Source of the DNA: Chiloscyllium plagiosum
Lineage: Eukaryota
DNA: 20,000 bases
Assembly: GCF_004010195.1 (NCBI RefSeq)
Contig: NC_057718.1
Span: 104,222,932-104,242,931 of the forward strand
Direction of reading: 5' to 3'
This document shows positions 19,811 to 20,000 of this stretch, in pieces. The notes under the pieces are model-generated. The model was not told the origin of the DNA and ran no database searches. It saw only the letters and a program-made list of their open reading frames with translations. How positions within the stretch are numbered: the first letter of the stretch is position 1; every line of letters begins with the position of its first letter. Position numbers and translations under genes: made by a program.

Positions 19811-20000
19811 AATGGGCTGAGAAGTGGCAGATGGAATTTAATTTAGATAAATGCAAGGTGTTGCATTTTGGGAAAGCAAATCTTAGCAGGACTTATAGAC
19901 TTAATGGTAAGGTCCTAGGGAGTGTTGCTGAACAAAGAGACCTTGGAATGCAGGTTCATAGCTCCTTGAAAGTGGAGTCGCAGGTAGATAGGATAGTGAA
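19811..20000 (+). mobile_element. Young CR1 (HER1-like) ORF2 fragment, post-catalytic RT region, continuing past the window
   Basis: Reads WAEKWQMEFNLDKCKVLHFGKANLSRTYRLNGKVLGSVAEQRDLGMQVHSSLKVESQVDRIV. Confidence 0.93.

Overview
Eukaryotic, repeat-rich non-coding DNA (intronic or intergenic) from a draft assembly with three N gaps. The repeat set (HE1-like V-SINEs, CR1/HER1-like LINEs, L2, Rex1/Babar, Penelope-like elements) points to a cartilaginous fish, probably a shark. This is an inference from recalled repeat consensus features, not a database result. No intact protein-coding gene is supported; every recognisable peptide is a decayed retroelement fragment. The most striking structure is a set of short Penelope-like (PLE) insertions from several subfamilies. 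They carry minimal hammerhead-ribozyme cores (CUGAUGA-A-helix II-GAAA plus palindromic ACGU/AGCU). Four form fold-backs with arms of about 235, 200, 72 and 63 bp, and six have 10-15 bp target-site duplications. Their inverted copies stop about 28-47 nt short of the element 3' tip. Nested insertions and a head-to-head CR1 inversion are also visible. Hammerheads in PLEs are established biology; the consistent fold-back geometry here is the part worth testing.
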